The notes under the pieces were generated by a model. It saw nothing but the letters and a program-made list of their open reading frames with translations, had not been told where the DNA came from and searched no databases. The position numbers and the translations under genes are program-made. DNA of 64,000 nt from Oligoflexales bacterium (GTDB lineage Bacteria; Bdellovibrionota_B; Oligoflexia; Oligoflexales; JALZUQ01), in NCBI GenBank assembly GCA_023301565.1, contig JALZUO010000034.1, positions 3,621 to 67,620 of the forward strand. Direction: 5' to 3'. Shown in pieces: positions 37,052 through 47,096 of this stretch (position 1 is its first letter; the number at the start of each line of letters is the position of its first letter).

Positions 37052-38947
37052 ATGGGTAAAGTTATAGGTATAGACTTAGGTACAACAAACTCGGCTGTTG
37101 CGGTTATGGAGAATGGTCAACCGAAAATTATCGCAAATGCAGAGGGTCAAAGAACGACACCATCTGTTGTAGCCTTTGGTAAAAATAACGAAGTTTTGGT
37201 AGGTGACACGGCTCGGCGCCAGGCAGTGACAAACCCAGAGAAAACCATTTATTCAGCTAAGCGGTTTATGGGTTGTACCTTTGCCGAGCGAAAAGACGAA
37301 GCTTCTCGGATGCCATACAAAGTTATTTCTGGAAAAAACGGAGTCGTTAACTTTCAAATAGACGATGATAAATACACGCCGCAAGAAATTGCAGCAAAGG
37401 TATTGGCCAAGCTAAAGCAATCTGCTGAAGACTATCTTGGTACCGTTGTAACTGAGGCTGTAATTACGGTCCCTGCATACTTTAACGACTCGCAGCGCCA
37501 GGCAACCAAAGATGCCGGAAAGATTGCAGGCCTTGAAGTAAAGAGGATCATCAACGAGCCGACGGCTGCAGCACTTGCTTACGGGCTAGACAAAAAGAAA
37601 GATGAGAAAATCGTTGTTTATGACTTTGGAGGCGGTACGTTTGACGTGTCTATTCTAGAGGTTGGCGAAGACGTTGTTCAGGTACTTGCAACAGGCGGAG
37701 ACAACCACCTTGGTGGTGATAACATCGATGAAGTCTTGATTGATTTTCTAGCAGCTCAGTTCAAGCAAGATACAGGTATCGACGCATCTTCTGATCCGAT
37801 GGCTATGCAGCGTTTAAAAGATGCAGCCGAAAAAGCAAAAAAAGAACTTTCAACGGCGCAGAGCACAGAAATCAACCTTCCATTTTTAAGTGCAGATCAA
37901 ACCGGCGGAAAACACCTTGTGGTGAACCTGAACCGAGCTAAGTTTGATCAAATGATCGAAGGGATTATCGAAAGAACCATGCAACCTTGCCGCCAGGTAA
38001 TGAAAGATGCTGGTCTTTCTAGCCGTGATCTTCATGAAGTGGTGCTTGTTGGTGGTTCGACTCGAATTCCTTTAGTGCAATCAAAGGTAAAAGAGTTTTT
38101 CGGCAAAGAGCCAAACAAAACAGTTAACCCTGATGAAGTTGTATCTCTTGGTGCAGCCGTTCAAGGTGGTGTCATTGGTGGTGATGTAGATAACATTGTC
38201 CTTCTTGACGTAACGCCATTATCTCTTGGGATTGAGACGCTTGGTGGCGTCATGACCAAGATGGTTGAGCGAAACACAGCTATTCCAACGGAAAGAAAAG
38301 AAGTGTTCTCTACAGCGGCAGACAACCAAACCTCTGTAGATATCCGGGTCCTTCAAGGTGAGCGTGAGATGGCAAGCGGCAACCGCGAGCTTGCTCGTTT
38401 TAATCTGGTTGATATTCCGCCAGCACCTAGAGGTGTTCCAAAAATCGAAGTGAAGTTTGATATTGACGTAAACGGAATTGTTTCTGTATCGGCAAAAGAT
38501 GTAGGGACTGGCAAAGAGCAAAAAATCACTGTCGAAGCACCTACAAGACTATCTGATGATGAAATTGATCAGATGGTGAAAGACGCTGAAGCGCATGCAG
38601 AAGAAGACAAGAAACTCAAAGAAAAAGTCGAAGCCCGCAATGCTCTTGACAGTATGATCTTTGGCCTAGAAAAAACCGTCAAAGATAACCCTGAAAAAGT
38701 GGACGAAGCTCTTAAGACAGAAGTTGAAGCAGCGGTTAAAGATGCCAAGGAAAAACTAGAGACAGCCGACGTAGAAGAGTTAAACACTTTGCGCGAAGGT
38801 CTAGAAAAGCATTCGCATAAAATTGCTGAGATCCTTTATAAGAACGCTCAAACTGAACAGGCCACTGGCGGCCAGACAGGCGAAGCAGGGGCGAGCGAAA
38901 CGAAAGAAGACCCAGAAATTGTCGACGCTGAGTTTGAAGAGAAGTAA
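37052..38947 (+). CDS. dnaK: Molecular chaperone DnaK (Hsp70)
   Basis: Motifs [29 protein letters not shown] and the EEVD-like acidic tail. RBS agaggag. Confidence 0.98.
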   Translation: MGKVIGIDLGTTNSAVAVMENGQPKIIANAEGQRTTPSVVAFGKNNEVLVGDTARRQAVTNPEKTIYSAKRFMGCTFAERKDEASRMPYKVISGKNGVVNFQIDDDKYTPQEIAAKVLAKLKQSAEDYLGTVVTEAVITVPAYFNDSQRQATKDAGKIAGLEVKRIINEPTAAALAYGLDKKKDEKIVVYDFGGGTFDVSILEVGEDVVQVLATGGDNHLGGDNIDEVLIDFLAAQFKQDTGIDASSDPMAMQRLKDAAEKAKKELSTAQSTEINLPFLSADQTGGKHLVVNLNRAKFDQMIEGIIERTMQPCRQVMKDAGLSSRDLHEVVLVGGSTRIPLVQSKVKEFFGKEPNKTVNPDEVVSLGAAVQGGVIGGDVDNIVLLDVTPLSLGIETLGGVMTKMVERNTAIPTERKEVFSTAADNQTSVDIRVLQGEREMASGNRELARFNLVDIPPAPRGVPKIEVKFDIDVNGIVSVSAKDVGTGKEQKITVEAPTRLSDDEIDQMVKDAEAHAEEDKKLKEKVEARNALDSMIFGLEKTVKDNPEKVDEALKTEVEAAVKDAKEKLETADVEELNTLREGLEKHSHKIAEILYKNAQTEQATGGQTGEAGASETKEDPEIVDAEFEEK

Positions 38948-38987
38948 CTTGCTTTTTACCGAGTAGGCAAGCTTGTAGACAAAAAAA

Positions 38988-39015
38988 GAAAAGCGCCTGT
39001 TTAGGGCGCTTTTTT
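38988..39015 (+). terminator. Rho-independent terminator after dnaK
   Basis: Stem AAGCGCC/GGCGCTT (38991-38997 / 39005-39011), 7-nt loop, then a T-run. Confidence 0.75.
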
Positions 39016-39347
39016 GCTTTATCTTTGGGTGTCTTTCGGTAAAAGAACAAGCGGAACAGTCGCTAGCTTCCAGCCATTTTTTTCATGTAGGACTCTCTTT
39101 TTTTGGTTAAAAAAGTGTAGCTACTTTGAGGTCTTCTTCAAACACTCGTAACCATTGGAAGTAATTTCTTTCTTTCCATTGCCCCCGGAAATAATTGCCC
39201 AGAAACTTTAAAAAATTATCGAGGGGGAATCAACTATTACCTTTTTATAATTTATGTCTTTCTCCAGTTTGGTCGAACAGAGAGTACTATGGATAATCGC
39301 GCTTACTTTTTTAGAAGGTGCGTCAATTTTTGAGATTAGGAGTTATA

Positions 39348-40835
39348 ATGAAAAAGTTTAGAATTGCAACAAGCGCACTGCTGGCGATTTTCTTGACTGG
39401 AGGGTGTGGAGAAAACTCTCACTTAAGCTTAGAGAACCTTATTAGTGCAACGCAGGGAATTGAGCCAGAAGTTGCAGCGGTCGATCTAGACCTTTCTGCA
39501 GGGGTAGGACTAAACACCCCAACAAACCTAACCGGTGCTTGTTCACCAGTAGGGTCAGCAATTAGTATTGCTAGTCCGGATATGACTCCTAGCCCAGTGA
39601 GTGGGGCCTGCGGCAGTGGCGGAGTGTTTACCATTTCAACTTCCGTTGTATTTGACGGAACAGGTCAAAACGGTTCAAGCCCTGTTTTGGCTACTACGCT
39701 TACCAGTCCTGATGGGGTCACGGCGCAAGACATGGATACAACCGCCTTTGTTCCGGTTGCTGAAATCACTACAGATTTACAACCAGATGGTTCGTCAAAC
39801 TTAGGCCTATCTTTAACTGATGCTAACGGAGCGCCTTTGGCTCCAGGTGACACAGTCATGTTTACGGTGCGAGATAGTGCAACAGGTGCAGCAATCGAGA
39901 TTCTTACGGGAGATTACGGCCAACCTCTAACAGGTTATGCAACAGATGAAGCAGTTGCTGCTAATAGCATCCAAAGTTATATCACTTCTCCGGGAGACAA
40001 TATTACAGACGGTGGAGCGCTTGAATTTGATAAGCTCGCTTGGGCCAAAGCTACTGGCAACATTGGTGTTAATAAAGGTATCAAGCTTCAATTTGATCTA
40101 GCTGCTACTGATGCCTCTGCCGGAACGACTTCTATAACTGATAGCGCTACCATTGGTAAAGGTTTCTTGAAGTTAGACGGGGCACTTGGGGTGACTGTCG
40201 CCGCCAGTTCATTAAATGCTCCGTACAATTGCCCTGATAATACTCGTTTTGTAGCAGGAAACACGGCTGTATCAGAGCTTGTTGACTCTAGTATGGCAGA
40301 AACAAGTGAAGATGGGTTTACATGGGTATCAAAACCTTCTGTCGCTGTAGGCACTTCAACAGCTTTTTGTTCAGATGCACAGCCTGGCACAGTAAACAGT
40401 ACCTGGGGTAGAGTTGCATTAAAGGAGCCGTCCTTTGCTCCCGGTTCATTTGATGGGGCATCGTACTATGCGCTTCAAAAATTAGAGAGAGGAAGTCTTG
40501 GTAATTTTTACGCAGTAAGATCTTTCATTTTATCTGGAAATGCAAATAACCTAGATGTTACCAATACATTGGTAGATATAGAATCTCAAACTCGTACGCA
40601 GTCCCTTAATGGTACGACCTTCTCTAACATGTTTATTGAAGCAAATCCTGGTGTTGGTCTACCAGCAGCGGCAACGTTCAACCCGCCTTTTGACAACAAT
40701 AACAACAGCAGCATTGTTACGACTGAAACCCATGATTTCAATGGCGGCGAAGGCGTTTACCACATTCGAACCGAGCTTGGCGGTGGACCGCATTCTTCTG
40801 AGCAGGATATGTATCTGCTACTCATTAGTTTCTAG
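39348..40835 (+). CDS. Hypothetical surface lipoprotein, Thr/Ser/Gly/Ala-rich
   Basis: AGGAG lies 5 nt before ATG 39348. Signal plus lipobox (IFLTGGC). Low-complexity T/S/G/A-rich sequence without recognisable domains. The ORF extends to 39318. Confidence 0.6.
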   Translation: MKKFRIATSALLAIFLTGGCGENSHLSLENLISATQGIEPEVAAVDLDLSAGVGLNTPTNLTGACSPVGSAISIASPDMTPSPVSGACGSGGVFTISTSVVFDGTGQNGSSPVLATTLTSPDGVTAQDMDTTAFVPVAEITTDLQPDGSSNLGLSLTDANGAPLAPGDTVMFTVRDSATGAAIEILTGDYGQPLTGYATDEAVAANSIQSYITSPGDNITDGGALEFDKLAWAKATGNIGVNKGIKLQFDLAATDASAGTTSITDSATIGKGFLKLDGALGVTVAASSLNAPYNCPDNTRFVAGNTAVSELVDSSMAETSEDGFTWVSKPSVAVGTSTAFCSDAQPGTVNSTWGRVALKEPSFAPGSFDGASYYALQKLERGSLGNFYAVRSFILSGNANNLDVTNTLVDIESQTRTQSLNGTTFSNMFIEANPGVGLPAAATFNPPFDNNNNSSIVTTETHDFNGGEGVYHIRTELGGGPHSSEQDMYLLLISF

Positions 40836-40862
40836 CAGCCAATTCCTTCAGGTTTAAAACTT

Positions 40863-40900
40863 CCCCCGCTTACTACCACAGATTAGGGACGGAGCGGGGG
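40863..40900 (+). other. Hairpin (perfect 8-bp GC-rich stem CCCCCGCT/AGCGGGGG, 22-nt loop) just after the 39348-40835 gene
   Basis: Read directly. Followed by TATCTTTT. The loop is large for a canonical terminator. Confidence 0.4.
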
Positions 40901-41031
40901 TATCTTTTAGGTCGCTAGGTTTCTGTACCCATAGGGGCACAGCGCGCTCTGCGCTGGCTGTTAGCGTTTTTTTTAACAGTTGGCACCACCGATTGAAGTT
41001 CACAGCTTATTTTCCCGGTTTTAAAAAACTT

Positions 41032-41057
41032 AAACTCTTTCTTTTTTGAAAGAGTTT
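41032..41057. other. Perfect 10-bp hairpin AAACTCTTTC-TTTTTT-GAAAGAGTTT in the intergenic region upstream of the OmpA-family gene
   Basis: Read directly. AT-rich stem followed by TGCTTT. Confidence 0.4.
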
Positions 41058-41158
41058 TGCTTTAGGTGAGAAGTGTTGATTCTAGCGCCTATATTCAACT
41101 CTTTGCTTAAAAAGCTGCTATCCTTATTAGAGATTTTTCTTTTTTTTGGGAGACTGTT

Positions 41159-42583
41159 TTGAAAACTGCATGGATTTTTATTTTTTTTATTATTTCATCT
41201 TCTGCGTACTCCGTAGATGTTCAACATTTTAAGCGAACGAACTCGTTTGGGTTTGAAAATTTAGAATCTGCTAGAATGACAGACTCTCTTTATCCAAATG
41301 ACTACAGGTTCTTGTTTAATTTAGGGCTTAGCCTTGTCGATGAGCCGTTGACAATTAAGACTCCAAACAATGATGAAAAAACAGATGTTGCAATCGATCA
41401 ATTTTTAAATGTACATGTTGGTTTGGGCTTCTACTTGAGCGAGCGTCTTTGGCTCGGAGCGACGACCTCTTATGTTTTCGCTGGAAACAACCTTGATTTT
41501 GGCAGTACCCTTTCTGGACGTGACTGGGCTTTTACCCAAGAAGATAAGTCTAGTGGTATAGAAGATATTTCTATAGAGGCTTCTTATGATCTAGTTAAAA
41601 AAGAACGTTGGGGTTTAGCTCTGATTCCTGAGCTCTACATTCCTACTGGTGACAAGGACAAATTTATTGGTGACGATGCGGTTGGGTATGGATTGACAGT
41701 CGCTTATGAAAAGCGCTTCGAAGCTTGGCAACTTGCAATGAACTTGGGCTACCGATATTCGCCTGATGCCGAACTATCTGGACTAAGCATAGATTACCGA
41801 AATAGGGTTAACACCAGCATCGGGGCTATTTTTAGACTTTACAAAGAAAAACTTTTTCTTAACGCGGAATATCGACGTTTTTGGATGTTGCCAGTGGAGA
41901 GCGATCAGAATCCCAATGAAGGATACCTCGGCTTGAGATTGCGTTTGTCAGAGTCCTTTGCCGCTTTCGGTGGTGCTAGCCTAGGAAACTTTGAAAGCTC
42001 AGACGGGAACACTTTGCGTTATTCAGGTGGTATTAAATGGTTTTACAAAGCTAAAGATCAGATTGCAGCAAAAAAAGATTTGGTCCGAAAAATAGCAATG
42101 CCTGATCCTATAGTTGAGACGGTAGTTGACGCAGTGGTTGAACCTGTAGTTGTGCAGTCTGTCGCACCGAGGGAAGCCCCAAAAGTTGATTGCAACCTGA
42201 TGAAGGGTTTAGGGTCGAACAACAAGGCTATTATTCAATTTGCGCATGACGGGTCTCAAGGCCATCAAAAAACTGTCAGTCATTTTGACGCAGTAGCTAG
42301 CATTGTTCTGGCCAATAAAGACAAAATTAAAGCTGTTTATGTTGGTGGCCATACATCTAAAGTAGGCGATGCCAGCTATAATATGCAGCTTTCAAAAAAA
42401 CGAGCTAAAGTTGCTGCCAACAGGCTTATAGCAGCTGGAGTCAGTCGCTCTATGATCAGCACACGAGGTTTTGGAGAAACAAAACTGTTGAATCCCGGTG
42501 ATAGTAAAGATGCTCACGCCGCGAACCGTAGAACAGAAGTTCAAATCGTCCCGACCAAGGCTTTCAGGGCATCATGCCAGTGA
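41159..42583 (+). CDS. Outer-membrane protein: N-terminal beta-barrel-like region plus C-terminal OmpA-like peptidoglycan-binding domain
   Basis: Signal peptide (IFIFFIISSSAYS) and alternating aromatic/glycine beta-strand pattern in the N-terminal ~300 aa. C-terminal OmpA_C motifs (GHTSKVGDASYNMQLSKKRA, NRRTEVQIV). TTG start with GGGAG RBS. Confidence 0.8.
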   Translation: MKTAWIFIFFIISSSAYSVDVQHFKRTNSFGFENLESARMTDSLYPNDYRFLFNLGLSLVDEPLTIKTPNNDEKTDVAIDQFLNVHVGLGFYLSERLWLGATTSYVFAGNNLDFGSTLSGRDWAFTQEDKSSGIEDISIEASYDLVKKERWGLALIPELYIPTGDKDKFIGDDAVGYGLTVAYEKRFEAWQLAMNLGYRYSPDAELSGLSIDYRNRVNTSIGAIFRLYKEKLFLNAEYRRFWMLPVESDQNPNEGYLGLRLRLSESFAAFGGASLGNFESSDGNTLRYSGGIKWFYKAKDQIAAKKDLVRKIAMPDPIVETVVDAVVEPVVVQSVAPREAPKVDCNLMKGLGSNNKAIIQFAHDGSQGHQKTVSHFDAVASIVLANKDKIKAVYVGGHTSKVGDASYNMQLSKKRAKVAANRLIAAGVSRSMISTRGFGETKLLNPGDSKDAHAANRRTEVQIVPTKAFRASCQ

Positions 42584-42644
42584 TTCCTAGCCTTTTGTTT
42601 GGAGAGGGCTCAAGCACATGAATGCTTCGAGTACTTAGCTAGCA

Positions 42645-42680
42645 TAAAAAAAAGCGCCTTTTTTGTAAGGCGCTTTTTTT
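42645..42680. terminator. Bidirectional rho-independent terminator between convergent genes
   Basis: Perfect 9-bp stem AAGCGCCTT/AAGGCGCTT (42652-42660 / 42667-42675) flanked by an A-run and a T-run. Confidence 0.8.
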
Positions 42681-42706
42681 AATTTCAGTTGTCCGCAGTA
42701 TGTTAT

Positions 42707-43093
42707 TTATAATAAAGGGGATTTCGTGCACCCTTTAAGGCTCGCTTGGCCAGATACTATTTCGTTCTCTCTAAAGGCCCCTTGGAAAATTATCTTTAGA
42801 TTTCCTATTTTTTGAAGATCGTCATTTATAGCTGTTTTTGCATCTTCGAACTCAACGGTATTTGGCATGATTGCAATTTTCGAAGCCAAGTCATTATGTT
42901 GAGCAAGTATGTTTTGAGCTGCTAAGGCTTCTGAAAATTTAGAATTAGATATTTTTGGAATTTCTGCAAAGCACTCAATCTTGTAAAATCCGGCACTATC
43001 TGCTTTCAGCGCACTCTCTTCAAATCTTACACGGCAAGAAAATATTGTTACTAAAACTAGTCCTGATACGGCTAAAGTCATGGATTTTTTCAT
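42707..43093 (-). CDS. Hypothetical small lipoprotein
   Basis: Signal plus lipobox-like (LVTIFSC). 128 aa with no motif. Confidence 0.5.
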   Translation of the reverse strand: MKKSMTLAVSGLVLVTIFSCRVRFEESALKADSAGFYKIECFAEIPKISNSKFSEALAAQNILAQHNDLASKIAIMPNTVEFEDAKTAINDDLQKIGNLKIIFQGAFRENEIVSGQASLKGCTKSPLL

Positions 43094-43167
43094 AAAGAGC
43101 CCCTTCTATTTAAAAACCAAAAAACACGTGAATAGAGCATAGATTGTAACATAGGTGGCTGCCGTCT

Positions 43168-43551
43168 TCAGTGAATGCAGCTTTTCAAAAAGCTCCAAAG
43201 CATCTTTTTTTGCTCAGCATCAGATACAAGCTGGCCCAAAGAGCAGCACTGGTAAGCTGGTTTGTGCCCACCAAGGTTTGTAAAAGACACGATGGTATCT
43301 GTTTCCAATAGTTCGGCAGGGCTGGTTACAACAATAAAGCGTTTTGCTGCAGAGTGAACTTTTTGAAGAAGCTGCTTTTCTTGTTCGGTTAGGCTTGAGC
43401 CCACAAAAAGCACCAGTCTTTTTGCTTTTACTGGGTTAGGTGCAATCTTTGGCTGGTCGGGTTTGTTGGGTTGGCTAGGTTCGGGCCATAACGCGCCTGT
43501 TAGGCCCCTTTCGTTGTACCAATTTTGCAAGGCAAAGAACTTATTTACCAT
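43168..43551 (-). CDS. Hypothetical protein
   Basis: 127-aa ORF starting 2 nt after the upstream gene's stop, in the rny operon direction. No secure motif. Confidence 0.5.
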   Translation of the reverse strand: MVNKFFALQNWYNERGLTGALWPEPSQPNKPDQPKIAPNPVKAKRLVLFVGSSLTEQEKQLLQKVHSAAKRFIVVTSPAELLETDTIVSFTNLGGHKPAYQCCSLGQLVSDAEQKKMLWSFLKSCIH

Positions 43552-43553
43552 TG

Positions 43554-44288
43554 CTAAACGTCACTGCCTTGGATCGCTGCAATATTTTTTTCTAGGATAG
43601 TTAGATGGGGCCCGTCCTTTTGTGCAAGCTCTTCTCCTAGGTTCATGCGGACAATAGCTCGAAGCTCCTTGGCTTCTTGCGACAAAGGCTTCTCAAGTTC
43701 TTCAATAGATTTGGCTACGCTGCTGGCCCGGTTCCAGTCGCCTAGCTCGATCAACGCTTTGGTTTTTAGCTTTAGCGAGCTTATTCGGTTGTTCTTACTC
43801 CCTAAAATCGTGGCTAAGACTGCAATGGCTTCGTCTGCTTGGCCAGACTCAATAAGAGAGGCAGCGAATTTTTCGCGGTGTATGGTTTTAGATTCGTACT
43901 GCAAGTTTTTTTCTGCACCTTCACGCTGCTCAAACTTTGCTTCTAGCTCAGCGGCGCTCACCGCAGCGTCTTCGAACTCACCAAAATCATTTAAGGCGAA
44001 AATTTCACATAAAATTACTTCTGGGTCTTTGGGGTTACACTTTTGTTTTACAGCTTTAAGAGTCCGGTGGGCTTCAATGAAGTCGCCTAGCTGATAAAAA
44101 CAAGAAGCTAGCTTTAGGCCGCACTCCAGACCTGCAGGTGTTTTACATAAGCTGCCGTGAATAGCTCTGGCCCATAAGGACTTCAGGGTAGGCAGGACAT
44201 AGGCATACTGCTGGTTTTGATAAAAAACTTTCGCTTTTTCGAGGTCTTCGTTCAAATGCCTTAAATGCTGTGAATGTTCCATTGCCAA
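43554..44288 (-). CDS. Hypothetical TPR-like helical protein
   Basis: 244-aa all-helical ORF downstream of rny with TPR-like repeats (LASCFYQLGDFIEAHRTLKAV, LIELGDWNRASSVAKSI). Confidence 0.5.
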   Translation of the reverse strand: MAMEHSQHLRHLNEDLEKAKVFYQNQQYAYVLPTLKSLWARAIHGSLCKTPAGLECGLKLASCFYQLGDFIEAHRTLKAVKQKCNPKDPEVILCEIFALNDFGEFEDAAVSAAELEAKFEQREGAEKNLQYESKTIHREKFAASLIESGQADEAIAVLATILGSKNNRISSLKLKTKALIELGDWNRASSVAKSIEELEKPLSQEAKELRAIVRMNLGEELAQKDGPHLTILEKNIAAIQGSDV

Positions 44289-44313
44289 GTCTCTCCATAT
44301 ACTTGTTTTCTGC

Positions 44314-45879
44314 TTATGCTACGGCCGAAGCTTCAAATCTTCTTGTAAGTAAAACCTTGATCTGCCCCGGGAATGCCACGTCTTGCTCAATCTTGCGAGC
44401 AATAGCTTCGGTCAGTTCTTTGATTTGATGTTCGCTGACTTTACCAGGCTTTACCTCGACGTGAACCTCGCGGGCACCGTTCATAATAAAGACCTTATCA
44501 ATGCCCTGAAAACTGCGAATTGCTGTCTCTAGATCCGCCAGGCGCATTTGGTAACCCTCTTCTAGGTTTACGCGCGCACCAGGGCGAGCGCCAGAGAGCG
44601 TGTCCGCTGTTTTTAAAACATAAGCGAGCGGTGTTTCTACTATGAGTTCATCATGATGCGACATAACCGTGTCGCAGATTTCCTGGGACTCACCAAAACG
44701 GTCTGCATAGTCGCCGCTAATAACCGCATGGCCTAAAGGTATATTATAGTCGATGCTTTTTCCGATATCGTGCATCAGGCCGCAGCGCCGCGCTTTTTCT
44801 GCATCCATTCCAAGCTCTTCACCGAGGATCCCTGCTATTTTGGCAACTTCAAAGGTGTGGAGGTATTGGTTTTGGCGGTAGCTGGTTCTCCAGTTTAAAA
44901 AGCCAACCATACGCTGAATCTCTTCGTGTATTTCAGAAATTCCAAGGTGCCTTACTGCCCGGTTTCCAAGCTGTAGCGCATGGTGCCATAGTTTCTGACG
45001 ATACTTCTCGTAGGAGTCATCTATTTTTTGCCACTGTGAAATTGTACCCTGCGTAGTCTCGATGATGGCAAGTCTTGCGGCTTCTCTTTTGATGCCCATT
45101 CCACCGCTAAGCTTGATGAGCCCAGGTCTTTTTTCTTGCTGCTCTTGAAATTCAATATCTATCTCAGCAAGCTCTCTTAGCCTGTCCAGCTCGGGCTGGT
45201 GCTCAAGCTTAAACATCATTGTGTGTGGAGATTGGCCGAGCTCTACTACGTTGGAGCTTTTTGGCCAAAAGAAGTTTGGCTCATAACGCGTTAAGACTTG
45301 GTGCAACGAACGGCGCGCCTGTTTTTTTGAAGACTCTTTAAAGTGGGTGACTATGTCTTCATAGTGGCGCACGGCTTCTCTGTGCCGGTTGTCAGCTAGC
45401 TGCTCTTTGATTTTTTCTTGCAGCTTCGAGACGTCTTCGCCAGCAATCTTGGAAAGCTCAGACTCGATGACTCCGTCGATGGTTGTTACTTTTTCACCGA
45501 TTGCTTGCGACTCGCTTTGAATGATCGAAATCTGCCCTTGCCGGTAGTTCACTTCTTCTTGAAAGCCTTCAAGGCGGACTTGTTCGCTTTTTAAAAAATC
45601 ATCCTGGCGGCTTAAGTCTTCTTCTTTGTTACTTGCGCTATCTAGGCTTTCTTCCGAAAGCTCTTGTTCGCTTTCTTTGAGCCTTCTTAGTTTGCGCTTT
45701 TGGTATTCCGTTTCTTTACGTTTTAGGTGGCGCATCCTTTTTTCTTTGCGGTGCTTAGCGCCCTCTAATTTTGCGCCAAGCTCCTGGTGCTTAAGACCGT
45801 TTTGTAAAAAATAGAGTGCCCACGGGATGAAGATTCCGACAGCTGCTCCAGCAAGAATAAAAATGTATAAAGAACTCAT
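44314..45879 (-). CDS. rny: Ribonuclease Y
   Basis: N-terminal TM (LYIFILAGAAVGIFI), long coiled coil, KH region, and HD domain (HSHFVAK-equivalent region plus GLMHDIGK). An alternative start lies at 45903. Confidence 0.9.
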   Translation of the reverse strand: MSSLYIFILAGAAVGIFIPWALYFLQNGLKHQELGAKLEGAKHRKEKRMRHLKRKETEYQKRKLRRLKESEQELSEESLDSASNKEEDLSRQDDFLKSEQVRLEGFQEEVNYRQGQISIIQSESQAIGEKVTTIDGVIESELSKIAGEDVSKLQEKIKEQLADNRHREAVRHYEDIVTHFKESSKKQARRSLHQVLTRYEPNFFWPKSSNVVELGQSPHTMMFKLEHQPELDRLRELAEIDIEFQEQQEKRPGLIKLSGGMGIKREAARLAIIETTQGTISQWQKIDDSYEKYRQKLWHHALQLGNRAVRHLGISEIHEEIQRMVGFLNWRTSYRQNQYLHTFEVAKIAGILGEELGMDAEKARRCGLMHDIGKSIDYNIPLGHAVISGDYADRFGESQEICDTVMSHHDELIVETPLAYVLKTADTLSGARPGARVNLEEGYQMRLADLETAIRSFQGIDKVFIMNGAREVHVEVKPGKVSEHQIKELTEAIARKIEQDVAFPGQIKVLLTRRFEASAVA

Positions 45880-45985
45880 GGTATAAACTCGAATTGAAAT
45901 CATTGAAAATGGCTACAACACCGACTGGGTAGCCTCTTGCAGAATAGGATAGTATAAATCGGCAAGTACCGAAAGATGACACACC

Positions 45986-46714
45986 ATGGCTTTTAGCAAT
46001 TTAAATCATCATCTCAGCCTCTCACAGTTGCCAGGCTGGTTTCTGGGGCTACTCATTTTTTTAGGTGGTTTCACGACATGGGCAAGCTCAGAAACAGTAA
46101 AACCTGCTGCATTTTTAGAGGTCGTCTGCAGCTCTAATGAGCAGGGGCCATTGGTGCTCTTTGATTGGGCAGCACATAAATTTATAAAGAAGAGCCAGTC
46201 AGATAATCTCAAGCCTTGCCTTAGCGGTCTTAAGGCCTGGCTGACTAAATACGAGCTAGATTGGATGTCTCTTGTAGGTTCTGAGCAAGACATTCTCAGC
46301 TGCCTTGTAAGCAATAGTTCTGGCTGCGGGGTATCACCCTCCGGGATTCAGTACCCAGAGCGAAGCCGCAAACAGGCAGCTCTCAGCAAAAAGAAAAGCA
46401 AAGGTGTGGTTTTTGAAGTACCAGGTTCAGTGTTAAAAAACCTAAAAAAACAAGGCTTTACAGTTCTTCTTCAGGACCAAAATAAGTGGCCGCTCAAAAG
46501 CAGACGGCAACTGGGGGCCGGAGTAGGGCTGTTTTTGCGTTGGGGCGAGCCTTTGCTAAAAAAGCATACAAACTGGGTTCGCGTGCCGCTGACGCATATA
46601 AAAAGTAATCTCTTTCAGCTAGACCGCAGCGTCTGGCTAGCTTTAAGAGGGGGGCTGCCTGAGATGGAAAAAAATGGCCGTATTTGGATAAGCGGGCCTG
46701 CTCCAAAACCTTGA
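45986..46714 (+). CDS. Hypothetical secreted or membrane-anchored protein
   Basis: N-terminal hydrophobic segment (GWFLGLLIFLGGFTTWA). No motif. Confidence 0.45.
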   Translation: MAFSNLNHHLSLSQLPGWFLGLLIFLGGFTTWASSETVKPAAFLEVVCSSNEQGPLVLFDWAAHKFIKKSQSDNLKPCLSGLKAWLTKYELDWMSLVGSEQDILSCLVSNSSGCGVSPSGIQYPERSRKQAALSKKKSKGVVFEVPGSVLKNLKKQGFTVLLQDQNKWPLKSRRQLGAGVGLFLRWGEPLLKKHTNWVRVPLTHIKSNLFQLDRSVWLALRGGLPEMEKNGRIWISGPAPKP

Positions 46715-46852
46715 TGGTATATATGGTTCAGCCGCCTGATAAGTTTCAATCGAGTCTTGAATCAATGGTGGGTGCATGCTACAAAGTCGGGCTAGAGCGG
46801 GCCTATCTATATTTTGTGGTTTGTCTGCGATCTAAAAAAAGAGGTGAGTAAG

Positions 46853-47056
46853 ATGCCGAAAATAAAGACAAAAAAAGCTGCTGCGAAGCGATTCAAAGCT
46901 AGAGCTTCTGGTTCGATCAAAAGAGGCAAAGCGAACAAAGGCCATATATTGACCAAAAAAGAGCGTTCGCGAAAAAATAGGCTTAAAAAATCAACACAAG
47001 TCCATGCTGCAGATGTCGTTTTAGTACAGCGATGCTTGCCGTATTTGTGGAAATAA
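46853..47056 (+). CDS. rpmI: 50S ribosomal protein L35
   Basis: MPKIKTKKAAAKRFK... The GAGGTGAG RBS precedes ATG 46853; the ORF track's upstream TTG extension was rejected. Confidence 0.9.
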   Translation: MPKIKTKKAAAKRFKARASGSIKRGKANKGHILTKKERSRKNRLKKSTQVHAADVVLVQRCLPYLWK

Positions 47057-47096
47057 TAAAACCCTCTCGGTGTGAACCGTTTTTTAGGAGATTGTG

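Noticed and set aside
43168-43551. The 127-aa protein downstream of rny faintly resembles the DNA polymerase III psi subunit (HolD) layout: an N-terminal W..LG segment, a central hydrophobic LV.V strand, and a C-terminal LW..L..C.
   Set aside because: The resemblance rests only on my recollection of the E. coli sequence and a few spaced residues. It cannot be supported without a profile search.
43645-44094. 149-aa plus-strand ORF antisense to the TPR-like gene.
   Set aside because: It has a Ser/Ala-rich low-information sequence and is fully nested in the rny-operon gene on the other strand.
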